Positions 8,943-16,543 of a DNA stretch of 43,923 bases are shown here, piece after piece. Position numbers and translations under genes: made by a program. Every line of letters starts with the position of its first letter. The stretch's first letter is position 1. The DNA is from a virus. Taxonomy: Duplodnaviria; Caudoviricetes. A model generated the notes under the pieces. It was not told the DNA's origin. It made no database searches and saw only the letters and a list, made by a program, of their open reading frames with translations. The DNA is taken from the IMG/VR virus record IMGVR_UViG_3300022917_000017, positions 1 to 43,923 of that record; one strand, given 5' to 3'.

Positions 8943-9110
8943 TTATCTGTACCGCTTTGCCGGTCCCTGCATTTTTTTGTAAAGTTTACGTCGATATGTA
9001 GACATCCGATAGTAATCGTCCAGTGACCGGTTTTGAAACCAAAGAGGAATGCCTACTATGGCGGCCATGATCAAGGCCCATGCAATAATACATCCAAGTG
9101 CTTCTATCAT
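8943..9110 (-). CDS. 55-aa TM micropeptide
   Basis: MIEALGCIIAWALIMAAIVGIPLWFQNR...; ATGA overlap with the ninG stop. Confidence 0.5.
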   Translation of the reverse strand: MIEALGCIIAWALIMAAIVGIPLWFQNRSLDDYYRMSTYRRKLYKKMQGPAKRYR

Positions 9111-9496
9111 AGTCCCTTCAGTTTTTTTAGTTTCTGTGCCTCCTCCTGGTAATGCTTCGTAAGAGCGTCGATCTCGAACTGCTCGAACTTGCGAGTGCCG
9201 CGTGAGCGAGCCAGGATACGGTCGGCGGTTCCGGCGCCGTACTTCTTATCGATGTACTTACCGAATATCAACTGCATACCGTGATTAAAGATGTTACAAC
9301 TTACACATTGAATTCCGCAATTCTGTTCATCGAATCTGGTAGCCATTTGCTTTCGACTTATGAAGTGTCCGCATTGACCACTTTTCACCGTAAGAAGCTT
9401 TCCGCATGTGCAGCAGTTCCCATACCCGTTATCTTCAATGTCACGATAACGAATATACAAACTGAATTGCTTGTCTAATGCTTCTATGTTCGGCAT
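9107..9496 (-). CDS. ninG: NinG/Rap-like HNH recombination endonuclease
   Basis: LDK.FS.YIR.RD, CCTCG, QCGHFISR, TRFDEQNC..QC..CN. Confidence 0.88.
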   Translation of the reverse strand: MPNIEALDKQFSLYIRYRDIEDNGYGNCCTCGKLLTVKSGQCGHFISRKQMATRFDEQNCGIQCVSCNIFNHGMQLIFGKYIDKKYGAGTADRILARSRGTRKFEQFEIDALTKHYQEEAQKLKKLKGL

Positions 9497-9498
9497 GG

Positions 9499-9687
9499 CT
9501 AATACGTTTCAAGTTTCTTCGGCAGCCTCTTAAAGTACACCCCGTCGTCCTTCCGGATGATCTCAACCTCGTACTTCCCCCGCCTCTTTATGTTGTTCTT
9601 GTACTGAGTAGGGTACTCCGCAGCAAGCCCTTCGAGCTTCCTTAATTCCCCTGGCTTCATGTCGTCGAACGTTGGTTTTCGTCCCAT
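9499..9687 (-). CDS. Small basic putative DNA-binding protein
   Basis: MGRKPTFDDMKPG...DGVYFKR pattern of small phage DNA-binding proteins. Confidence 0.55.
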   Translation of the reverse strand: MGRKPTFDDMKPGELRKLEGLAAEYPTQYKNNIKRRGKYEVEIIRKDDGVYFKRLPKKLETY

Positions 9688-9699
9688 AGTATTGTTTTA

Positions 9700-10245
9700 A
9701 AAAAAATGCCTCGCAATGTGTAACCTAATTACTCCCATACCTACCCGATATGTGATGTGACTTATCGACCAGTCACCACCCGAGGCTGCACGAATCGAAC
9801 GTGTTTCGTCTTTAAAATAACCTGGTTTCTCTGGGTCGGCTATGCCAGGTCACATCACCCTTCTTCGCCATGCGCAAGGCCCGTGATGTATATTTTTAAA
9901 AAGTACCGGTTTTTGCGAGGTTGCCGGTGCCCCGTGGTTGTCCGTTTTCCCTGTGGGTTGGTCCGCAACCTGTGCCAAGAGACGGACCGAAGTCCGCCCG
10001 GGGTTTCACCGGCTAGCTCTTAACGTGTAGGTAAGTTGAATCGAACAACTGAACCGGCCCGGAACCGGTGAGATACCACTTCTCAATACCCACATTTTTG
10101 CCCTTTACTAGCCTTAGCCTCATGAACCACCGAAGTGGGATAGGGTGGCGGCAGGTTAGTCTTCTCACTCCCACCAGATAGTGTAACTGGCCGGCCTCCA
10201 TTACTGGACACCGCAGGCGGTGGAGTGTGTTATCTCCCTATCTAC
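9700..10245 (-). ncRNA. Cluster of structured non-coding RNA elements
   Basis: GC-rich stems separated by A/T linkers. Minus-strand cUUCGg loops at 9983-9996 and 10127-10138, a GUAA loop at 10197-10208, and a long-range stem GATAGGG/CCCTATC. Confidence 0.7.
10026..10093 (-). tRNA. Compact atypical tRNA-like element, possible anticodon CCG (Arg)
   Basis: GTGGGTA/TACCTAC acceptor, GAGA-AGTGGTA-TCTC D arm, ACCGG-TTCCGGG-CCGGT arm, AGTTG-TTCGATT-CAACT T arm; 68 nt, no CCA. Confidence 0.65.
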
Positions 10246-10410
10246 TTAATGCTTTAAAGAAAGTGCACCGCTGCAACGGTCACTATCCCGAATCTTCGAT
10301 GCCCATTTGTAACCGCGCGATCTGACTGCGGGGGTTAAGTTTTCAGCACCTCCGATTCTAAATTCGTTTACGTTTCGCAAATCACAGCCGTATGACCCCG
10401 TCTGAACCAT
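10246..10410 (-). CDS. Possible leaderless 54-aa ORF at the start of the leftward transcript
   Basis: ATG 4 nt after the -7 box; open to TAA 10246; could instead be RNA leader. Confidence 0.3.
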   Translation of the reverse strand: MVQTGSYGCDLRNVNEFRIGGAENLTPAVRSRGYKWASKIRDSDRCSGALSLKH

Positions 10411-10414
10411 GAAC

Positions 10415-10445
10415 CAAAGGTAAGAATTAAATTTATAAAGTCAAG
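10415..10445 (-). promoter_or_regulatory. Bacteroidota primary-sigma promoter (leftward)
   Basis: CTTG-N19-TACCTTTG. Confidence 0.8.
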
Positions 10446-10479
10446 AGAAATCAGAAAAATAAAATTTATTCACAAAGCG

Positions 10480-10510
10480 TGAACAAGTATGAATTTTATT
10501 CGTATATTTA
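10480..10510 (+). promoter_or_regulatory. Probable rightward early promoter
   Basis: TATATTTA (10503-10510), a variant of TAnnTTTG, at the strand switch; weak -33. Confidence 0.5.
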
Positions 10511-10534
10511 CATCAGTAACAAAAACACAAACCC

Positions 10535-10732
10535 ATGACAGTAAAATTTGCAGACTACGTAGGCCAGACGGTAAAGGCCAGATATGCAGTGGAACGTAAC
10601 CATGACGGTGCCGACGTGCCGGTAATACGTGAAGGAGAGATAACCATTGGCATCGATCCATACGGCGATATAATGATCGATGATGATGGAAACTTTCTGT
10701 ATCCCTTTGAAGCAACTTTCGAATTACTTTAA
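10535..10732 (+). CDS. Hypothetical early protein
   Basis: 65 aa; A-rich leader; first gene of the rightward arm. Confidence 0.7.
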   Translation: MTVKFADYVGQTVKARYAVERNHDGADVPVIREGEITIGIDPYGDIMIDDDGNFLYPFEATFELL

Positions 10733-10750
10733 TCTATAAACAAACCCAGC

Positions 10751-10993
10751 ATGAAAAACGAAACGAAACTCACCGGCATGACACTTGTAGTCGCCAAGCA
10801 CAACGAAGATGGCGAGGTTATCGCACAAGGAATCGTGCGCTACGAAGGCGCCCGCGAAGACTCGCAGCGCGACATCTCCCGCGTATGGATCACAGTCACC
10901 GACCTAGACGGATGCTACGAGGACACCGTACGCCAGGCGTTTAAAGACGAGTACTACGACTGTATGATTGAAGAGCTAAACCTTCCAAAGTAA
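10751..10993 (+). CDS. Hypothetical early protein
   Basis: 80-aa ORF with A-rich leader. Confidence 0.7.
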   Translation: MKNETKLTGMTLVVAKHNEDGEVIAQGIVRYEGAREDSQRDISRVWITVTDLDGCYEDTVRQAFKDEYYDCMIEELNLPK

Positions 10994-11151
10994 TGGAAAA
11001 ATGTCAACTCTGTGGAAAGTTTTTGTCCCCAAAACAAAAGGGCGTACTAATGTACCGGCGTTTTATTTGTGGATACGTCATGGACAAGTTCTCAATGTTA
11101 GAGAAACTTGAATACGTTCATAAGAAGTGCGAAAATAAGATCATGATTTAA
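10993..11151 (+). CDS. 52-aa zinc-finger protein (not in ORF track)
   Basis: MEKCQLCGK...YVHKKCENK (CxxC...HxxC); TAATG coupling. Confidence 0.6.
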   Translation: MEKCQLCGKFLSPKQKGVLMYRRFICGYVMDKFSMLEKLEYVHKKCENKIMI

Positions 11152-11162
11152 CCTATAAAATA

Positions 11163-11927
11163 ATGGATAACAAAGACTCAGGAGTACTACAGTTCACAAA
11201 CAAGGTACAGACTACGGAGCAATTTGCTGCCGCGCAGAAAGTTAATGCCACCACTTCCTACATGGACATGATTGCAACCGCTGTTTCATCGGGGGCCAGC
11301 ATAGAAGCGCTGGAACGATTGATGGCGCTGAAGGAACGGCACGAAAAAGAGATTGCGCGACAATCTTTCCTAAACGCCCTTTCTGATTTCCAGATGGACT
11401 CTCCTGACATCCGAAAGACAAAGGGTGTGGAGTTCGGAACCACGAAGTACATGTACGCCCCACTGGCCGACATAGATAGACAGCTACGCAAGGTCATGAA
11501 GGATCACGGCTTCTCAAAGCGGTGGGAGATCCAGGATAACGGAGACGAGATAAAGGTTACCTGCATCATAGCGCACATCGGCGGGCACACGGAGCAGACA
11601 TCGATGACAGCAAAACCTGACACCTCAGGCTCTAAGAACCCAATACAGGCCCGTGGCAGCGCGATCGAGTACATGAAGCGCTACACACTGGTTGGGGCGC
11701 TTGGAATCACTACGGCGGATTCTGACATCGATGGGAGGCTACCAGAGGTTGACGTTGACAAGCTGCACAAAAACTACATGGAATTGTTCGAAAAGATCGT
11801 GGAGAAAGACTCGACCTACCGGACAACCATGGACCCAGACAACTGGAAGTCAGAGCGAACCGCGAAACTGTACGTAGTAGCTATCGGAAAGGCAAGAGAG
11901 ATTTTAACTAAACTGACAAAGGCATGA
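11163..11927 (+). CDS. erf: ERF-family single-strand annealing recombinase
   Basis: KY.YA.L..I, GSKNPIQARGSAIEYMKRYTL...LGI...DIDG. Confidence 0.9.
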   Translation: MDNKDSGVLQFTNKVQTTEQFAAAQKVNATTSYMDMIATAVSSGASIEALERLMALKERHEKEIARQSFLNALSDFQMDSPDIRKTKGVEFGTTKYMYAPLADIDRQLRKVMKDHGFSKRWEIQDNGDEIKVTCIIAHIGGHTEQTSMTAKPDTSGSKNPIQARGSAIEYMKRYTLVGALGITTADSDIDGRLPEVDVDKLHKNYMELFEKIVEKDSTYRTTMDPDNWKSERTAKLYVVAIGKAREILTKLTKA

Positions 11928-12271
11928 GCAAGGTAATTGAGGTAAAAGACGAGTCAATCGTTTTCGACGATGGCTTGCAAATCTATTCTTATCACTCAAG
12001 TGAGTGTTGCGAAGAGCATTATTTGTCATTCAAAGATCTTACAATTCAAGACTTTGAAGGACTTGAATTTGATCTTACAGGCGACAATTTCTTTAATCGA
12101 GTTAAAGGGTACGGTATTGAATTGATCCCGTTACACGGCCATCCTGTCAGAGTGCCTGGATACGGAAGTAACAATGGATACTACAGCGAACAACTATCAT
12201 TATGCCTTGATGGTATTGAAGGTGTCGATAAATGCTGGGATATTACAGACTGCCAAGAAATAGATTACTGA
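11924..12271 (+). CDS. Conserved phage hypothetical protein (AT-rich)
   Basis: H..ECCE and GSNNGYYS motifs; coupled to both neighbours. Confidence 0.7.
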   Translation: MSKVIEVKDESIVFDDGLQIYSYHSSECCEEHYLSFKDLTIQDFEGLEFDLTGDNFFNRVKGYGIELIPLHGHPVRVPGYGSNNGYYSEQLSLCLDGIEGVDKCWDITDCQEIDY

Positions 12272-13032
12272 TGGACTTTTTCGAATCACTCAACAGCGGC
12301 GACGCATCGCAGTACCTAATAACCCAAGGCAGCGATGCCTGGGACGATATACGGCGCGGGCGTTTCACTTCGTCCGAGATACACAACCTCATGAGTCCGG
12401 GCTACCGGCTCATGACTCCAGATGAACTGAAGAACCGACCGAAGAAAGGCGAAGGCTCGGCGGTTAAGTGGATAGAGTCGCCCGACATCCTGAGCGATGC
12501 CGCGAAGACCTACATACAAATCAAGGTTGCTGAAGTGTTAACTGGAACATCGAAGGAAAACTCGTATGCGTTTCCGCTCGTGCGTGGTACGGAGATGGAA
12601 CCGGAAGCAGTGGAGTACTTCGAAAAGCAAACTGGAATGGTTTGCGAAGAAGTTGGATTCGTTCCTTTCGGTGATCATGCAGGCGGTAGCCCTGACCGGT
12701 ATATCGGTGAAGATGACCTGCTTGAGGTTAAGTGCCCGTGGACGCTTGAAAAGCAGATAGACTATCTGGAACTAACCGACCAGTGGGACTTGAAGCGATA
12801 TAGCGCGGAATACTACTGGCAGTGCATGAGCAACCTGTTCTTCACCGCCAGAGAGCGCTGCCACTTCATCACGTACGACCCGCGCTATCCGGAACCGTAT
12901 CGTATGACTCACATCATCATAAAACCAGAGGCGCAGGCGTTCGACCTGATCGCAAAGAAGATCACCGCAGCAGTCAAAGAGAAGCTTGAGAAACTTAAAT
13001 ACATCGAGGAATGCTTACAAGTAAAGAAGTAG
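12271..13032 (+). CDS. YqaJ/lambda-exonuclease family nuclease
   Basis: QGS.AW...RRG.FT.S, RG.E.EP.A, GSPD, EVKCP, YYWQ; likely start ATG 12271 (TGATG). Confidence 0.92.
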   Translation: MDFFESLNSGDASQYLITQGSDAWDDIRRGRFTSSEIHNLMSPGYRLMTPDELKNRPKKGEGSAVKWIESPDILSDAAKTYIQIKVAEVLTGTSKENSYAFPLVRGTEMEPEAVEYFEKQTGMVCEEVGFVPFGDHAGGSPDRYIGEDDLLEVKCPWTLEKQIDYLELTDQWDLKRYSAEYYWQCMSNLFFTARERCHFITYDPRYPEPYRMTHIIIKPEAQAFDLIAKKITAAVKEKLEKLKYIEECLQVKK

Positions 13033-13145
13033 CCCGCTACCACCGCAACAGAATGACCCGCGCCCTGTTGGCAGGACTGATAATATCGGTCATGCTTTTC
13101 ATTACAATCGGAACTGTATTCGCTTACCTAACTGAAAGTCTATGA
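13011..13145 (+). CDS. 44-aa TM micropeptide
   Basis: MLTSKEVARYHRNRMTRALLAGLIISVMLFITIGTVFAYLTESL; ATGA-coupled to the MTase. Confidence 0.5.
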   Translation: MLTSKEVARYHRNRMTRALLAGLIISVMLFITIGTVFAYLTESL

Positions 13146-13579
13146 AAAATAGGACATTGGTACATAGTGATAATTGGGCTACTCCTCCGGAACTTTATAA
13201 CAAACTGAATCAAGAATTCAATTTTGATTTTGATCCATGTCCGCTTAATGAAGGTTACATAACTCCAGATAAAGACGGTTTATTAATTGAATGGGGAGAT
13301 CGTAATTTTATAAACCCACCGTACTCAAGAAAGCTAAAGGAAGCCTTTGTAAAAAGAGCTGTTGAGATGTCTGGATACGGAAAGCTATGTGTTTTACTTC
13401 TACCTGTTAGTACATCAACTGCACTTTTTCACGACGTTGTTAAGCCTAATGCTTCTGAGATTCGATTCATTCGAGGGCGTGTTAAATTCATAGGAATTAA
13501 CACAAAAGGCGAAAAAGTCAATAACCATTCAGGAATGCACGATAGTATGATCGTAATACTAAAAACGAAAAAACTATGA
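13142..13579 (+). CDS. Phage DNA N6-adenine methyltransferase (PF05869-like)
   Basis: DNWATP, F.FD.DPC, DGL..EW, NPPYS, IRFIRGRVKF. Confidence 0.9.
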   Translation: MKNRTLVHSDNWATPPELYNKLNQEFNFDFDPCPLNEGYITPDKDGLLIEWGDRNFINPPYSRKLKEAFVKRAVEMSGYGKLCVLLLPVSTSTALFHDVVKPNASEIRFIRGRVKFIGINTKGEKVNNHSGMHDSMIVILKTKKL

Positions 13580-13698
13580 CACCGGAAGAAGAGTACCAAG
13601 ACCACGACAACCCGGACTTCGGTCCGAGGTTAGTCGGTGCGCTAGTATCAATGGTTTTACTTGTCGTATTCGTGATATGGAGAATCCTGGCACACTAG
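13576..13698 (+). CDS. 40-aa TM micropeptide
   Basis: MTPEEEYQDHDNPDFGPRLVGALVSMVLLVVFVIWRILAH; ATGA overlap. Confidence 0.5.
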   Translation: MTPEEEYQDHDNPDFGPRLVGALVSMVLLVVFVIWRILAH

Positions 13699-13937
13699 CC
13701 GACCAACAGAACCCAGGCCGCACGAAAGCCCAACTGAAGGACTCATGCGATGCCCTGAACATGCGGAAGCTACGCATTCAAAAGAAGATGCGAGCACTCG
13801 CAAGAGAACTGCGCTACGACGCGGGGAACGACAAGATCAACCCCGATAAACTAAACCAGTACCAGGAGCTTAACAACTCGCTCCGGGAGACCAAAATAAT
13901 CGAAGCAGAATTCAACTATACAATGCACATGCTATGA
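13677..13937 (+). CDS. Hypothetical coiled-coil protein
   Basis: 86 aa; ATGA-coupled to the next gene. Confidence 0.6.
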   Translation: MENPGTLADQQNPGRTKAQLKDSCDALNMRKLRIQKKMRALARELRYDAGNDKINPDKLNQYQELNNSLRETKIIEAEFNYTMHML

Positions 13938-14203
13938 ACGGACAACTATTCTCAATCGGACAGGCGGTAACGCCGGTATCAAATCCAATCGGGTGGGAAC
14001 TACGGGGAACGGATAACTTGCCTCAATTTGGTAAGGTATACCACGTATCAGGTTTCAAGTTTAAGTGGGAAACATGGTGGATCACTTTGAAGGAAAATTA
14101 CCCTCTCAATAACTTCGATCAGGCAGGTTTCGCCAAGGTAGTCTCCGACACCGTTCTCGCCGAAGAACTTTCCGAGATATTTTCTTTGGAAGTTCGGAAA
14201 TAA
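13934..14203 (+). CDS. Hypothetical protein
   Basis: 89-aa ORF. Confidence 0.65.
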   Translation: MNGQLFSIGQAVTPVSNPIGWELRGTDNLPQFGKVYHVSGFKFKWETWWITLKENYPLNNFDQAGFAKVVSDTVLAEELSEIFSLEVRK

Positions 14204-14215
14204 TATTTATGTTTG
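14185..14215 (+). promoter_or_regulatory. Bacteroidota promoter upstream of the replication genes
   Basis: TTTG-N19-TATGTTTG, exact consensus. Confidence 0.8.
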
Positions 14216-14219
14216 CATA

Positions 14220-14310
14220 TCCCTGCGCTGTTTTCGTGGAACAAGGCGGCGCTGGGTTTGGGTTTTCACAACCTGCCGGGTGTCTCGTTCCACAGACCCC
14301 GGCTTTTTTT
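14220..14310 (+). ncRNA. ~90-nt sRNA or attenuator leader ending in an intrinsic terminator
   Basis: Hairpins GCGCTGTTTT/AAGGCGGCGC and GCCGGG/CCCGGC followed by T7. Confidence 0.6.
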
Positions 14311-14317
14311 ATGCCCT

Positions 14318-14545
14318 ATGACAAGAACATGGCGAGACTCAGCAAAACATATCATCGCGCAAGTGTTGAAAGAGACACGCGGAAAGAGCGAGAAGGAGAT
14401 AAAGAAAGCTTTGTTTGATGCGTATCCTTACGGTGCTCGACAGTGGCACCCGTACAAGATATGGCTTGACGAGATAAAGGTACAGCGTGGTCTAAAGCGC
14501 AAGAAAAAAGACATTCCAGACGTCAACCAAACCGGGCTATTCTAG
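14318..14545 (+). CDS. Conserved phage hypothetical protein
   Basis: Likely start ATG 14318: TWRD.A..II...ALFDAYPYG.R..HPYKIWLDE. Confidence 0.75.
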   Translation: MTRTWRDSAKHIIAQVLKETRGKSEKEIKKALFDAYPYGARQWHPYKIWLDEIKVQRGLKRKKKDIPDVNQTGLF

Positions 14546-15228
14546 TGGGTAAGCAGCCATACATCCCTTTCTATATTGGAGACTACATCAAGGCAACGCG
14601 TATACTTCCGCTGGCTGTTCGAGGCGCTTGGGTAGATCTTATTTTGAATATGTGGGAAAATCCCGTGCGCGGTGAGCTTACCGGAACGTATGAAGATTTT
14701 TCCAGGATGATGTCGTGCACAGAGGAAGAAGCAAGGTTTGCAATAAATTTGCTTATGCAAAAAAAGACCGCAGACATTACTTTGCATGGCGACGGCACAG
14801 TCACAATTGTCAGCCGAAGGATGAAACGTGATTGCGACATTTCTTCAAAACGCGCTGATTCGGCTAAAAAGCGATGGGACAAAGAAGTTAGTAAAGATTT
14901 TGCATATCCAAAAACAATACAAAACACTGAATATGATAATGAATATGAAAGTGATAATGAAATTGTATTTGGTAATAAAAAGGAGTCAAGAATTTCGATT
15001 AAGAAAGTTTACGCTGGTGACAAGGTGAAGATCATCTATGACCTGCGTGCTTACTTCGCTGACAAGCTTGACGACTTCGCCCGCGCTGGATGGACGGCAT
15101 ACGATGCATTCATGACGGCTAACCCGGCCGCCGTGTTTGAGGACGACACGCACCTTTACAATTCATACCGAAAGTTCTGCACAACCGCAACTAAGAAAAG
15201 TACATACGTAGACATGACCGACATATGA
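14545..15228 (+). CDS. Replication initiator, DUF1376/YdaU-like
   Basis: PYIPFYIGDY...T..L....RGAWVDLI..MW, SRRM.RD, AKKRW; AT-rich repeated central segment. Confidence 0.8.
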   Translation: MGKQPYIPFYIGDYIKATRILPLAVRGAWVDLILNMWENPVRGELTGTYEDFSRMMSCTEEEARFAINLLMQKKTADITLHGDGTVTIVSRRMKRDCDISSKRADSAKKRWDKEVSKDFAYPKTIQNTEYDNEYESDNEIVFGNKKESRISIKKVYAGDKVKIIYDLRAYFADKLDDFARAGWTAYDAFMTANPAAVFEDDTHLYNSYRKFCTTATKKSTYVDMTDI

Positions 15229-15815
15229 GAGAATTTTTCAAACAACTCCTGAACGATTTAAAGCGACTCTGCGGGCTTAATCAGTTACAGACTCTGAATG
15301 ATATGCCCGATCCGAGAAAAGAGATTGCAGCCCTACTAGACGTGCTCTGCCGGGTCGCTGATCAGTTCCCCATGATCCCGGATGCGGACAAACAGAAGAT
15401 CATCGAAAACGGGGTAATCTTTGACACGGAGTTTACCGGCTTGAATGCCAGGGTTATTGCGCGCTGGCTTAACCAGCACAAAGACCGATACACCACAATG
15501 GCGGCAAAGGTCGAAAGTGAGATAAGCACTGGCAAGATTCTGACACCTGATGAGTACGCTCCGTACCTGGAACAGTGGCTAGAGCAGGTTAAGAAGATAG
15601 GTAACCAGGATGTCACCCAAGAGCAGCGCATCGAGAATCGGCGGAAGCAGTTCTTTGGAAAGGAAATCGAAGGCCCGTCATTCCACCCATCGACAACCAT
15701 CGAGCAGTACGAGGAACGCGAACTTGAACTTGAAGCCGCTAAGTCTGCCCGTCTCGCCGAACTCCGGGAGAAGCACCCGACTTTAACCATCGAAGAACTA
15801 AATAGACTTTTATAA
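15225..15815 (+). CDS. Hypothetical protein, possible helicase loader
   Basis: ATGA-coupled directly after the initiator; function inferred from position only. Confidence 0.55.
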   Translation: MREFFKQLLNDLKRLCGLNQLQTLNDMPDPRKEIAALLDVLCRVADQFPMIPDADKQKIIENGVIFDTEFTGLNARVIARWLNQHKDRYTTMAAKVESEISTGKILTPDEYAPYLEQWLEQVKKIGNQDVTQEQRIENRRKQFFGKEIEGPSFHPSTTIEQYEERELELEAAKSARLAELREKHPTLTIEELNRLL

Positions 15816-15832
15816 AATCACCCGACTTTAAC
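15774..15832 (+). repeat. 14-bp direct repeat CACCCGACTTTAAC x2
   Basis: Copies at 15774-15787 and 15819-15832. Confidence 0.85.
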
Positions 15833-15896
15833 GATAGAGCTGTGATTTGCTTTTAATGTAAACGAAACGTTTTTAAACTAAAACACTATTAAAATT

Positions 15897-16058
15897 ATGG
15901 AACAATCAAGCGAGTTAATCGAACAAGACTTCAGCTACGCTATAGGCTGCTGGTTAGTCCAAGGGTGGACAGTAAAGTGTATGGCTCCGGCCGGAATCAA
16001 CGGTGCTGTACTTGTTGTTTTTGAACGTCAACAACCCTGTGTAACACCAAAGCCATGA
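15897..16058 (+). CDS. 53-aa hypothetical protein (not in ORF track)
   Basis: A-rich leader; QGWTVK...LVVFER motif; ATGA coupling. Confidence 0.55.
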   Translation: MEQSSELIEQDFSYAIGCWLVQGWTVKCMAPAGINGAVLVVFERQQPCVTPKP

Positions 16059-16342
16059 CCTCAGAACAAAAAACCGCCATCGACGCCTGCAAGGATCAGG
16101 CAGCGACAGAGATACAATATGAATCCTGGGATGATATGGTAAAACGGACATCTAAGAAAATGATTGCGTCACGAGCCCATCGCGCCATGCAGCTATACGG
16201 CGAGCAGTGCCGGGAGCTGGTAGTGAAATTAACAGCAGAGGATATTGCATACATGATCGCATCATACCCATCAGAATCAGATTTCTTACTTGCTGAAAAA
16301 ATATACGAAAAACTAACCGCCCCGGGGGCGTTAACCGGATGA
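16055..16342 (+). CDS. Hypothetical protein (paralog-like of next gene)
   Basis: KDQAATEIQYESW...RAMQLYGEQ resembles KEQVAQEYGYENF...RAAELYAKQ in 16349-16543. Confidence 0.65.
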   Translation: MTSEQKTAIDACKDQAATEIQYESWDDMVKRTSKKMIASRAHRAMQLYGEQCRELVVKLTAEDIAYMIASYPSESDFLLAEKIYEKLTAPGALTG

Positions 16343-16348
16343 AACACT

Positions 16349-16543
16349 ATGACCCTACAAGAGTTTAAAGAGCAGGTAGCCCAGGAATACGGCTACGAAA
16401 ACTTCGATGATATGTACTCAGATATGATACATATAGGCGATGAAGACAATCTTATAAAAGAGATTGATCGAGCCGCAGAGCTATACGCGAAGCAGGAATT
16501 TGATGAAGGATACTCATGCGGCGCGAATAACGCTGCTCACTGA
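16349..16543 (+). CDS. Hypothetical protein
   Basis: MTLQEFKEQVAQEYGY...AAELYAKQ. Confidence 0.7.
   Translation: MTLQEFKEQVAQEYGYENFDDMYSDMIHIGDEDNLIKEIDRAAELYAKQEFDEGYSCGANNAAH

Noticed and set aside
9700-10400. tmRNA or CRISPR mini-array
   Set aside because: The GGGGTCA start near 10399 has no matching 3' T-arm/acceptor end, and there are no regularly spaced identical repeats.
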